Of a stretch of 64,000 bases of DNA, positions 26,447 through 39,150 are shown in pieces. Source of the stretch: Haliotis rubra (lineage: Eukaryota); contig NW_025767360.1 in the NCBI RefSeq assembly GCF_003918875.1, positions 186,001-250,000 on the forward strand. The letters run 5' to 3'. The notes beneath the pieces are model-generated. The model did no database searches. It was not told the DNA's origin and was given only the letters and a program-made list of their open reading frames with translations. How positions within the stretch are numbered: the stretch's first letter is position 1; the number at the start of each line of letters is the position of its first letter. Position numbers and translations under genes: made by a program.

Positions 26447-26666
26447 GACCCGAAGGTCTGGGTTAGGATGAACCTTCAGTAACCCATGCTTGTTGTAAGA
26501 AGCGAATAACGGGATCGGGTGGTCAGGCTCGCTGACTGGGTTGACACATGTCATCGCTTCCCAATTGCATAGATCGATGTTCATGCTGGTCCAGATCCGA
26601 TTATTTACAGACCGCCGCCATATAGCTGGAATATTGGAGTGCACACTCAACTTACTCACTCACTCA
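26447..26666 (+). mobile_element. Same retroposon family
   Basis: 13-bp TSD ctgtattgtaaac; (ACTC)n tail. Confidence 0.88.
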
Positions 26667-26714
26667 CTGTATTGTAAACACTGCATTGGATACATATTTG
26701 ACACAATCATTTTT

Positions 26715-26913
26715 AGTGAGTGAGTGAGTGAATGAGTGTTTGAGTTTAGTTTTACGCCGCACTCAGCAATATTCAAGCTCGTATATGGCGGCCGTCTGTG
26801 TGGACCACACAATGCAGTGATCAACAAGGAGCATCAATCTACGCAATTGATATACGATGACATGTGTCAACCAAGTCAGCAAACCTGACCACCCGATCCC
26901 GTTAGTCACCTCT
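26715..26913 (-). mobile_element. Same retroposon family, 5'-truncated, inverted
   Basis: Reverse complement of the family body with a (GAGT)n tail. Confidence 0.85.
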
Positions 26914-27243
26914 GGCAATATTTTGAAATATTAGACTTTATTATAAATGTATATATAATGACAACCATTTCCGCTGAAAAAGAACTTACCTCAATAAATA
27001 TCAGGTTAACAATTATTGAAATGCTCCTTACATAAATTTTAAAAAAAACACAACCCCTAGATGATTCGGCTGCTTCCCAGCTGTTAATTGATACAGTGTG
27101 TACCAATTCTTCAGAGCAGCTATAAGCGAGAGTATGTGCTTGATAAACATGAATATGAAACAGATTTCAAGATAGAGAACGTTTGTTTAATGGCAGCGAA
27201 CCATAGGTATGTATGGCAAGACTTCTTCAACTTTAATATAATA

Positions 27244-28702
27244 TACTCTCCCAAAAAAGAAAGGCATATAGGAATTTCAACTGTATTTTTATGTTTATTT
27301 TGAAACATCTTGTAGGCTTTATGAGTCAATGAAATATAGCGAAATTGCACACTGGGAATGCAGACTTATCCGTCTTTGGCACCAACTCGAGAAAAGTCAG
27401 TTTGAGTGTCACATGGAGACGTGTGGTGGCGCTGAAGTCAATACCTCGTGTGACCACCGTGGGCATCCAGAACTGCACGGCATCGCCTCGGCATCGAACG
27501 AATAAGTCTCAGAATCTCGTGTTGCCCAATCGCAGCCCACTCTCTCTGTAGTGCCTGTGCGAGTTGTTGAAGTGTCTGGGGCTGAGTTTTACGGCGTCGC
27601 ACCCGTCTGTCCAGGGCATCCCACAGATGTTCGATCGGGTTTAAGTCCGGTGATCTTGAGGGCCAGGGGAGCACATTGATGTTGTGGTAGTGGAGGAAGT
27701 CTCTAGTGTGACGTGCTGTGTGGGGCCTTGCATTGTCCTGTTGAAACAATTCCCTCTGGCGATCAATGATTGGAAGGAGGTGTGGGCATAGGATTTCGTC
27801 ACAGTACCGTTGAGCTGTCAGGTTGCTCTGGATCATTACCAAATCACTTCACCTACGGCAGCTGATCGCTCCCCACATCATAACACTGCCCCGGCCGAAT
27901 CTGTCCACCTGGGGAACGCAAGCGTCGGCAAAACGTTCACGTCGACGTCTGTACACCCGCATTCTTCCATCGCGTCGTTCGAATAGAAATCGTGATTCAT
28001 CACTGAACCAGATTCTACGCCAATTCGGTAGGTTCCAGGCCTGAACGTTGGTGCACCATTGAACTCGATGTCTACGATGTTGTTGTCGAAACACAGGGCC
28101 AAAATAAGGTCTTCTTGCACGTAAACCAGCCTCTCTCAACCTGTTCCTGACGGTCTGTGCAGAAAGCCTCCTCAATCCGGGTATTTGTCGTGCGGTACTG
28201 GTCGCCGTAGCTGTTCGATGACGCAGGTGATGTACCCGGATGTAGCGATCCTGCGCCGCAGAGGTCGCTCGAAGTCGCCCACTACGAGGGGCATCAGCTA
28301 CCGAATTCTGCCGGTGATAAATCTCCCAGAGCCATGAAATGGTGCTTTGGTGATCATTCATGCGTCGGGCAACTGCACGTTGAGACTGGCCAGCATGAAG
28401 CAAACCAATGGCGATATGACGGTTGGCTTCATTTAGACGTGGCATTTGGCGTTTGTCAACAATATTCCAAATACAGTGCATAATCGACAGCTTGTGATCA
28501 ACCTTTTATACCCATCATTGAGACTATCTGATCCCCAACTGTCAGGTGCATTGCATGTGAATTGTGTATTCTGTGACAGTACACGCCGAAATTAAAAATC
28601 ATGCTGTTAAATACGGGTATTTTACGGATGGTGCGTTTTGTTGTGATGTTTCTAAACATAAACACCATAGGAGCAGAGCAAAGCCTTTTGTAAAATGAAT
28701 CA
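27244..28702 (-). mobile_element. Second copy of the same Tc1, inverted, 5' TIR lost
   Basis: Near-identical reverse complement of 22570-24036. 3' TIR at 27244 with TA. Confidence 0.93.
27438..28445 (-). pseudogene. Tc1 transposase, in frame (1008 nt) but with AGA->TGA nonsense at 27849-27851
   Basis: ORFs 27849..28481 and 27438..27842 are in the same frame, separated by one stop. Confidence 0.92.
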
Positions 28703-28717
28703 TATATATGTTATATA

Positions 28718-28845
28718 TACTCAAGCCAATAATGGTTGTCACCCCTTCAATATTTTTAATTTGGAGAGGGTGTGTGGGGTGTGTGTGTGAGGTGTGTGTG
28801 GAGTTGGGATGGGGAGGGGGGTGACAACCATTATTGGCATGAGTA
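28718..28845. mobile_element. Same MITE, independent insertion at the broken end of the inverted Tc1
   Basis: Same TIR, different flanks. Confidence 0.85.
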
Positions 28846-29323
28846 TATTTTAGCGATATGGAAACGTAACCTTACATATGCCAAAAAGAAAGAAGGTCGG
28901 AACATAGAAACATTTTACTACGTTTAAACAAATCTGGTTTGAGTTTGAAACATGTCTTGTTGACTTTTTATATATGTTCATGATCAAAACCAGACGATCA
29001 TCATAAACATAATTCTGATGAACAGTTCACGCAAATACACTTTTATCAAATAGACATGGCTGAACTTTCATTGTGTGTGGTTTCATGAGCCTTAACTTGG
29101 AAGCATACGAATTTGTGTTTGTGCTGACCTTATCACATTGCCTGGTCCTCGGGATACGTGGGATGTCTTTAACTTTGACTTTTTACCCAAGGTTACTGAC
29201 GTCGATATCTATACTAATCTTAGTAGTTGACATAAATAATGCACGCTATGCGTTTGCAGTGAAACCTGTCCGTATTAAGTTCACGTAATTACTGTCTATG
29301 TTAAATTTTCCCTATTTTCGTAG

Positions 29324-29406
29324 ATGCTGGAGTTTCCACTCTGAGGAAGTGCAGTGCGATCGCTTTTCTCCTTCCCCTCACCCTGGTGGCCTTTCTCATT
29401 GTTTAA
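29324..29406 (+). pseudogene. Orphan phase-1 terminal exon encoding a GPI-anchor-like signal
   Basis: Acceptor ttttccctattttcgtag, then (x)AGVSTLRKCSAIAFLLPLTLVAFLIV*. Same phase and design as the other tails, followed by the conserved downstream motif at 29670-29710. No EGF exons found nearby upstream. Confidence 0.6.
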
Positions 29407-29668
29407 AGCAGCCGTCAAACATGTATGCAGTTGTTTGTAACTGTTTATTCTCTTTTTATCATTAAGTTTGTGTTATTCCAAGCAATTACATTTCACTGAA
29501 GATTGTACTTATTATGTTTAATCTTGCATTCTCTGAAATAGAAGTAAAATATCAACATTGACAATCATTGGGGTTTCGTGTGCAGTGTTACATGTATTAT
29601 GTCAATGCTACTGCAAACTGGCTAAGGGGTCACAAAATCACTGTTAGAGTACATACAATTAGGCAATG

Positions 29669-29710
29669 CTGATGACATTTTCTGATGACGTGGGCCTCCG
29701 AACACTGACG
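29669..29710. promoter_or_regulatory. Conserved downstream element, copy 2
   Basis: ctgatgacattttctgatgacgtgggcctccgaacactgac; core 276 nt after the orphan GPI exon stop. Confidence 0.5.
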
Positions 29711-32700
29711 TATAGAAACTGCCATCAACCCTTTAGTCACTTTGACAATATATTCTACTGTTAATTTGTACATTCAGAAGATGCATGTTGCATGTACTTA
29801 TATAACAGGAATTTCGTCCCTAATAAACGCATTATAGTAATTACTGAGAGTTGTGTTTTGGAGCATTTATTACTTTGAGTCCAATGACCAATCCACGACA
29901 ATGAAACATTCATGTCACAGGCCTTGACCATACAGTTCACTTTATTTGCCTCTTTCAAACAGTGCTCACTTGAATTCCACAAAGAGATATACTGGAATGA
30001 ATGAAACCTCCCAGGTTCAGAACAAATTATTTAAAATGAAAGGAAATGTGATGTGAAGGTTATTCAGTGAATACCATGTGCAAGAACTTCCTAATTTATA
30101 ACGTCGTGAGAACCTTCGACATTTTTGGACATCCTCAGGGGCGCAAATGACCCTCTCCTTACTGATCTGATTTTCAGTACATATCAGAATCAGAATTTCT
30201 GCTCAAATTGACAAATTCAATACATGGGAATTTGGCCGAGGCGTTCAACGTAACCTACGGGCCTATCTATGAATTCATATCATCATCATCAATAAAAAGG
30301 AAAGCACTTACCGATCACCAGACTCACCTACGTCGACGCACGTCGTTGTATACATAAATTATCTTGTACGCGACGTTAAATCCTGTTTTTACACCTGACA
30401 TCACCTTGTAAATTGCACGTACCTTTGCATCAGCTACACGATCATGAGTTAGGAACTACTTAAGGCAACTGATACATGTACTCATTGCTGTTCCAGGATC
30501 TTTGATTTTCCTTGACCTCATTATGGTGCTGATTGTTCCTGTGATTAAGGGAAATGTGTAAACCTTGGTCATCCTTTGTAATGGAATAACTGGGGGTTCA
30601 CCTTGTACCAAATCTGCAACTCTGCTATGCGTAAACACCGGTGTTACAGTTTCCAATAATGGACGGATTGTAAGCATGTCCTGTTCTACCGGTAGTAACT
30701 TCATTTCCAGAATAGCGTGTATTTGAAATACACTGACGAGACGTTTGGGGGTCTAACTGACATTTGTATACATATTGGTTGGCGTACAAAGAACATGAAC
30801 ATAAGCTTACAATCAAATCACAACTGGTTTGTGAATCACTTTAGAATAGTAAACAGTGACTTGATGACATCCTTGTACGATGCGAGCCTTCCGGTGATTC
30901 GCGACATCAACTTTTAGAACAGGATAGAAGTGGTGGAATCATTTTCCTTTCACGGACCTGTGTTTTTCGCATGATCGGTTCTCTGTTATCCATATAAGAA
31001 TCACTCCTCATCTGGATAACTAACATGTCTATAATCAGAGTTGAGAATGTGCACTGCATTTCACAATATTATTATGTCTGCGAACCACAACAAGTAACTG
31101 GCTAAATTGTTAAGTAACATCACGTGACAAGGTTTAAGAGAATATAAGCGACAAAAAAATATTTATGAAGAAATCTTTGACAAAACAGAGTGGATTTGAT
31201 GATTTCAGCTATATCATGAGGACTTGTTTATGAATCAATACCCAAAGTAACATAATAGCAGCTGTTGATGAGCAGATGAGCGTTTCAAGACTTAAACATC
31301 CAAGTCTATTGTTCACATGACAGAACAAGAGCACAGACGATACAAATGAACAACATATTGCAACATTGTTGCCACGGATGATTCACATTTAGTATTGTCG
31401 AAACTGTCACGTACCAAAGTTGATGTCTTGAAAATTGTAACCTTGATCAAAGACCATTAGAGCAGGAGTCGAACGACGCTTCTTCAAAGAAAGACCATGT
31501 TCGATTATACCTAAAACGTTGTAAACCTTTTCTACCAAGGCTGGAGCTGCTGAAACATTAATCTTACTCGAAACGAAAGAGAAGTTGACTGTTAGAAAGA
31601 TAAAGCCATCCCATTCATCATACGGTCTTGTGGAAAATGTTTACCTTAACGAGTAGTTCAGTTCAGTGCATTGGTGGAAGGCATATTTGAATTATATCCG
31701 ATTATCGCTATACCTGAAGCATACGTTAAACATTTTTGAGAGATTGCTTTGTTAGTCCAAACAAAGAATTTGAATAATATTCATAAAATTAACATCAAGA
31801 AAAATTGTGCAGAAGGTTCCACATGGAAGGCATGTGTTTTTACTCAATGCTTTACACCTCAATTTTCCATAGATTTATCATTAGGGAAGGTCTACATTTT
31901 CGAATAATAGAAATCATCTTAAAATATATGACCGATATGTTGGTGGCAGTGTGATGTCACAGTGTCTTGGCACCCAACAGAAGTGCAACTTACATCATCA
32001 GCTGCCAGTTTCCTATGACAGAAAAATAAAAATAGATGGTGTCCGTGCAGTGGAATGAAACTATTGCTGATCATGCAAATTTGCAATGTCGATGTAATAT
32101 CTTTCTGAAATTAATATTCTGTTTATTAGAGATTTCATATGACTGTTGTGGTTGAAATGTTTTGATAAATATGCTTTTTAACATATAGATAGCACAATCG
32201 TCAACGGCTGAAGTGTAAATCCAGCTAGGGTCCATGCAAAAAGCGAACGTACAGTAAGACCCCATAGTCCTCAGTGCGGTGATGTATCTTCAGTTGTTGA
32301 CGATTTGTAGCTTGTTTTATATGTTGTATTGTCTGTGGTTTTAGATATACATGCTAGTTTTGCATCTATATCTGTGACTTCTGGTTGTTTTGAATGTAAT
32401 TCTTAAACATGGTTTTATGTTCTCGATTTATGTGTCATGAATGTATAACTTGTTTTCACCAGTATATGGCTGAAATACTGCCGATGTCAAAGGGTATAGA
32501 CAATCACGACGGTCCATCCTGATAGGAACACTAATAAACTAGACTTTGGGTCTCAAAGTATGATCTAGGCGATACCGGGAACGAGTGAAGCATCATTTGC
32601 ACACATTACAGTTGACATTTTAAGACAATGTTTAACAAAGTGTTACAGTATCGGAGTTTCATGTGGTTATCAGTAAGCAAGGTGTTCATTAAATCATGTT

Positions 32701-33875
32701 TTCTGTTATGATCAGCAAATCAATCATCGAAATTATTAAAGAAATAACCTGGTCAGACCTTGTGAGGACGAGGCTGTGTGATACCTCGCTGCGCTCAACA
32801 GGCTGCATGAGTTGAATACTCCCCAAGGAGTTGCGTTGGTTAAATCAATGCCAGAAACAAGACATCCGTTGATCAGGGAAACATTCACCGCCTTGAGAGT
32901 GTACTAGTTGCATGGATATGTGCGCTATATAAATATCACATTATAATAATAATTCAATTATCCCATATGAAGGCCAAAACCAATACTCACATAAACAAGA
33001 TCATAACGTTTCAATGAAAAATGTTTACTTAATGCACTTGTTACATGACAAAATCTTATGGCTCAGCTTTAAAAGTATCACTATATCATCATAAAATTCC
33101 ACTTCAACTCTCACTTCAAGTGCTGCCGAGATTGCCCTCAAGTCTTCTCATAAACCCTCACCTAAAGGAGCCAATACTTTCCGGGTAACGAATATAGCAA
33201 TAACCTGTTGCTACGTTGTGTAATACTTTCACCTGGTTTTCCTCCCCGGTGTGTTTCTTTCCTTTCAGCTGAAACTGGCTTTCTTAATTTATTGCACCAT
33301 GTTTGCTCACTTGTTCTCAGCAGGGCAAGTTGTAAAAGGTGCAAACAAACGTCCTGTTAGTGCAGGGCAATTTATGGTTGTGTGGCAAACCTCAACAGTG
33401 ACGTGCAGACAAACATAAAACACCAGGGTGAGGATAAGAGTTGAGCAATTCTTGGTGGATATACTTAAATTTATGATAGGTGCAAGGTAACAAACAGCAT
33501 GTTTGAACTCCAGGCAGAACACAGACATGCATGTATTGAGAATTTTAAGGAGACAAGTCTGTACATGGTTGTGGGATACCGGGCTTTGTTGAAGGAGGGC
33601 TGTAAGTAATCTTGATTTTATTATTCTTTCCGTTGACTGCATTCGTATTTACACATTGCTTACACATTGGATCCTTTCGAAAATACAATAAACTAAAGAT
33701 GTGAAGAATTCTTCAGTACATTCTTCTATTTCTGTTGTGGCCTTCTGTTAGCTTAATGTTGTTGTTGTTGATGGATTAACTGAATAGTGTTATGACCCGT
33801 GAAGATCCGGGTAACAATTGATCTTCAGCAACCCACGCGGGATCGGGTGGTCAGGCTTGGTGGCATATGTAATCG

Positions 33876-34205
33876 AGCGTCCGTCCGGAGAGCGGAAGGT
33901 CGCGGGTTCGATCCCCGACCGCGTCATACCAAACGACGTTAAAATATCGTACTTGTTGGTCCCTGCCTGGCGCTCGGCATTAATGGGTACAACAAGGACT
34001 GGCCGGCTCGGAGTCAGTATAATGTGTCTGAGTGGGATATTCATGCTTCACTGCGGCATGGTATCTCAGTGGGCTAGCACTATAAAACCAGCTTAAGTCT
34101 GGGCTAGTACAAGCAGCCGCACCTACACATACACACGCATGCACGTCGTCATATGAGCGAAATATTCTCAAGCATGACGTTAAACCCAATTTCACCTCAC
34201 CTCAC
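33876..34205 (+). mobile_element. MetaSINE-like element (5'-truncated tRNA head)
   Basis: B box GGTTCGATCCC, then GTCATACCAAA..GTACTTG..CCCTGCCTGGCGCTCGGCATTAA, which resembles the Meta/MESC domain as I recall it; (CACCT)n tail. Confidence 0.7.
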
Positions 34206-35660
34206 ATATGTTTACCCATTTAGGTATCATGATTTAACTTTAGATAATTCTTTTTACATATTTTTGTCTTTGGGGTCAACTCAATAAGCATGACCGAATC
34301 AATTTCCATGATGTATTAGAGATCAAGAGAGTTCACTGTACCTAGGGCCACCGGCCAATATGCTTAGTATCACAATGATACGCAAAGTATGGAAAATGAG
34401 AAGTAAAAGCATGATAACAAATAATGTAATTAGTTACCAACACTTATAGTCGTTGCTATTGCCAATGGTTGTGCTAGAAACAAGGCGTTACCACAGACAT
34501 ATTGTCCACTGATACTAAAGCTCTGATGTGTTTCCCAAATTGTCACAAAAACAATACTGTGGAATATACGCTTTCATGAAATCGTTATGTGCTTCCCATA
34601 AAAATAAGAGATGACATGTCTTTGATATCCGACATACAAATAGCGCCAAACCTTACATATTCAGCCATGGACTGTTTACGACCAGTGTTAATGTTTCTTG
34701 CTTGTAATGTTTAATATCTCTCAGGCTCAGTAGTGTTTAAGTGACCAATACCCACCAAATCGAGAACCTGAACAAAGGACATTCATCCAATTATGACGAA
34801 ACATATCTTTGACGAAATTTGTTCATAAAATGACTAATTTCCATCACACGCACACCACACGCTTCCAAACACATACGAACAGAGCAGATACCTTATATTT
34901 GATGCCCGTGTTATAGAACCAAGATTCTCTAGATTGAACAACACGTGTTTTTAGTTTTTGTTTTTACCAATATTCAATATTCAATGAATAACTGAAACGT
35001 ACACCAAGATACGTATATTCAGTAACTATTTTCATTGAACTGCCATCGTGAAACCATTTGTTTTTGATTAACGAGTCGTTCACCCCTTGTTAATACAACA
35101 ATATTTGCCTTATTGGTTCTGTAAACATACCACGGAATCAGATACTAAGATCTCAGCAAATAGTATTATTAAAATCTCCAAATGTCAGGATAGCTCTGTG
35201 CACCATGTTTGACTTTTTATTTTTTATTCATTTTTCTAATTCACTAAAATGAACGGCTCAACAAACACCTTGTTTAACGGGCATTCAAAATAATCAGTGA
35301 CATATATTCTATACATGACGTAAACAATTTTGGAGTGACCTCATATGAAGTATGACATAATAACATTACATGTAAACGCAGATGTGGAAAATAGAATTGT
35401 TGGACGTGTAAAATCGTCATTATATTTAACGTACTACTAAACTTGTTATGATGAAGGTTTTGGATAAACTATAATGCTGAAAGAAAATTTTTGTTGGCTT
35501 ACACATAGTAACTTTGTGTTTTGTATATTATATATTAAACTTACCTTTTCACAGGCGTCAATACACGACCTAAGACACCTGGAGCACACGTGTCATAATT
35601 GTTTTGCAGATTCATATTATTACAATGCTACTCGAGTTCGTTTTCAACACAAATATATTA

Positions 35661-37452
35661 AGATAAATTCTACCATGACTTCAGTAAACACTGGATTGTG
35701 ATCGGTTAATTAAAGTCATTCAGAGGTATATAATCACGTTATACAGGTCTCTGTTTTCCGTGCGCAATCATACATGGTTTAGGGTAATGCACTATTTTTG
35801 TCTGCCTACTAACATGGCGGACACCAAACAACCCACCGATGCATCGATAAATTACGGCGATTTTGCTGTCGGAAATTACACATATGTCTTTAAAGATGGA
35901 TTTAGCGATGACGGGCTCGACTCACAACTTGCGTAAATCACAGCAATAGGTGTTTATACATACAAAAGTACTTCGAAAGCATGGAAACAAATATTCAGTC
36001 GAACAAGATCAAAACATCGTCTGCTTTACGAATAAAATTCCACAAAACAAATATGTTTACGTTGATTTTATGTTATGTCAGAATAGATCCAGCAATAGAC
36101 TGCTACATAATTTCGTGTTAAATTTATTATCAGCTTTCGTCAACGATATCGCCACTGATCTTGATCCGGTAACGGAGGATGCATTAACATCGAACGCCGA
36201 AGAAATTGTAATGCCTTCCGTCCACATAAATAAACAGTTGGGTTATCAATTCAAACAAAATGATATTTTGAAATTTGCACTATTTCAAATTTAGCGGTAG
36301 TAAAACACAATTACAGAATCTGCAAACCGTTCTGTTTAGCCCAACATATTTTTTTTCTAAAAGTATAATATCGTTGAAAAAGTTATTTAGCTTAGTCATG
36401 ATCCCTCTTATCCATTAAACTGCTTGATCTAAAGTAGTCTATTAAAGTATAATTAATTACCTTACCGTGTTTATGCCAGAGGTACACCCTCGTGTCCTGA
36501 TCCATCCTTTCGGAAATATCACCACAAATCTGGCTCTTTGTCAACAGACTCCCGAACATGCCAGCGAATCCGATTCAATTTGAATTCACTACACTTTGAA
36601 GCCACTAGGTCACAAAACACTTTCCAAAATGTAGAAAATAATATCCGTAGAATCGAATTTGAGCACAAAGTACACACATGAGTGTAAGAGTCACCACAGC
36701 TGTCGCACGCAGACGTAGAGGTGCGTGAAATCGTCAAGTTGACAGGGCGCAAAATTCAACAGTATCTAAATTCGGTACAACACGGACTTCTCGTTACAGC
36801 AAAAGCGCCCCTACTCTTAAATTTTGTACCAGTACCAGTAATTAGATATCAAAGACTATTTCAGTCATACAATGAGGTTAACCTTGCGCAAACTATCAGA
36901 GGCTCTCCTGTCGCATCTTTCCAAATTTGCACGTAAATGTAAACAAGGACTTCCGAGAAAAGGTCAAGGCCATGAGGTTGCTGCCACTATTCTGGTGGGG
37001 AAAGGGTCTACGGTGGAATGTTCAAAAGTGAACCAAGCTTTTAAACTTATTTGATATATGTTTTCCAACTTATCAGTTAATGATTGGTGATTGATGCATT
37101 GAAAAACAAAACGTGATTTGTTATTACTGAATCTGGAGTTAGTTAGTCATTGACGGTTTGCCACCAAACACCCCGTTTCGGGCGATGCCACTTGAGATTG
37201 GAATGCGAGGCCGCTTCACGTATTGACTCGTAACCAAAGAAAGAGCTCCACCTGAAATTGTTCATAAAATTGTCATGGTAGAATGGAGATAAACCTACTG
37301 TGTTGGAAAATCAGAGGTATATAACGAAATTATAATAGTTTCTAAATTGTTCATTTAAAACCTCACGCTACGCGTTCGGTTTTAAATGAAATTTAGAGCT
37401 ATTATAATTTCGTTATATACCTCTGATTTTCCCACACAGTAGGTTTATCTCC
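35661..37452. mobile_element. ~1.8 kb non-coding insertion with long terminal hairpin (Crypton-like, tentative)
   Basis: Absent at the paralogous site ~4290. Palindrome 37285-37452 with loop CTCACGCTACGCGTTC. ATTCTACCATGAC / GTCATGGTAGAAT inverted pair. No ORF recognised. Confidence 0.6.
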
Positions 37453-38982
37453 TAAATATATCGTTGTTACGAAATATTTACAGTGTCGATTTTGTTAGTT
37501 TCGTGTGATCAACGATCAGTTACTTTTAGTTTTCATAGCATATACAGCACTTATTTTTGTGTATATTTCGAATTTGAGCATGGCAAAATCTATTTTGTGT
37601 TGTGAATACTGACTGTTGTGACATAGGGTGACGCTAGATAGTGAGGCGGTTACTCCTACGTTACTATCTGAAATATGCTTCTTAATTAATCTATCAATCC
37701 TCTCATATATCTGTGGCAATGATTGTGTCTTGTATTCTGTTTTTACACTGTCTGTAATACATGTACCTTCATAACCTTGCCCCTGGTGTCAACATCGGTC
37801 TCAGGACGTACTAAGTACTTCAACATCGGCTAGGTTTGTCATATTTAGGAGGGGACAGATTTGTTCTCTGTTGCATGGCTGTGTTGTAGGATTACAAGTA
37901 TTACTCCTGACCAATACATATTCTAAAATCCTAATCACACGTCTTTTTCACCACTTGGTCGATGCTGTTTGCAAACGTTACTTGTGTGATCAATGGTTTA
38001 ATATGTGTTGAATTTTTCTTGGAAACCAACCACAGATCATCGCTGTGTACAAGGAGTATGACATATTCAACACCCGTGACCCTAGAAACTTCTACCTCCA
38101 GTGGAGAACAGGTGTTTACGTTCTTAAGATACATCTCTCGGGGAGTCAGTTACCACGATAAGGAAATAGTAAGTACTTACATGTTTGTCAAAAGACAAGT
38201 AGAATGGTGGTGTTGAAAATAGACAAATGCGTTCCAGTAAAGTTTTCGTTTAAGGATCAATGTTCCCTCTCGAAAACAAATCAAATATGTTGTAACATCA
38301 TGCAAATTACGTTGATGTATTGCAAAGAGTCCTTTCAGTCTTAGCAGGCAGCCATGTTGATGTGACTTCCATTCGGTGTAAAACAAAGCAGATATTTGAT
38401 TATTGAGAGGTCATTATTTCAAGGTATTCAATTCGAAATAAACTCCGGGTACAATGCTTGTTCCGTTTCTCCTCATCATAATAGGTAATATTATGCATGT
38501 TGTTGTTTACTAAAGAAGCAATGTAAAGCAAACAATACGATTTTCTATTAACTGAGCGTTACGTGGTTACCCTTGCTTGACCAGGTCCTCAGAATCCTAG
38601 CTTTGTCAACACATAATTCCTGCTCGTGGAAGTTTTCAAAGTGGTACAAACAGAGGCACATGAGTGATCCCTTTCACTTTCATTCCGTTGTGTATATTTG
38701 GACTTCATGGATATATTATCAACGTATTTTGTGAGGGTCGTCTTGAAACATTGCCATTCTGAACTTTATCTATAGCGTGTCTCTCATGATTGTACCAGGA
38801 AAGTACAATCAAGTAACGAGTAAATATAGAAAATGTGGAATAACATTAATAGCACTGAAATAACGAGAAATTCCCACCTTTTCACATGTTACCAAAATCA
38901 CCCCATAAAGTTGCCGCATCACCAGAAACTAATCTGCAGGATATAGTTGTTCTGATTGTTTCGTTCTTGCAACTTTATGAGT

Positions 38983-39150
38983 GACTGACTGACTGAGTAT
39001 GGTTTTACTCCGCTTTTAACAATATTCCAGCAATATCAAGGCGGTGAACACCAGCAATGGGCTTCACAAGTTGTACCCATGTGGGGAATCGAACCCGGGC
39101 CTTCGGCGTGACGAGCCAACGCTTTAACCACTAGGCTACCCCACCGCCCC
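38983..39150 (-). mobile_element. tRNA-derived SINE inserted after the segmental duplication
   Basis: 15-bp TSD tgcaa(c/t)tttatgagt; empty site at ~5832-5846. Confidence 0.92.

Noticed and set aside
28718-28845. Remnant of an EGF-gene upstream region in the orphan unit
   Set aside because: Similarity to 7560 and 40507 is confined to the MITE; the flanks differ, so it is an independent insertion.
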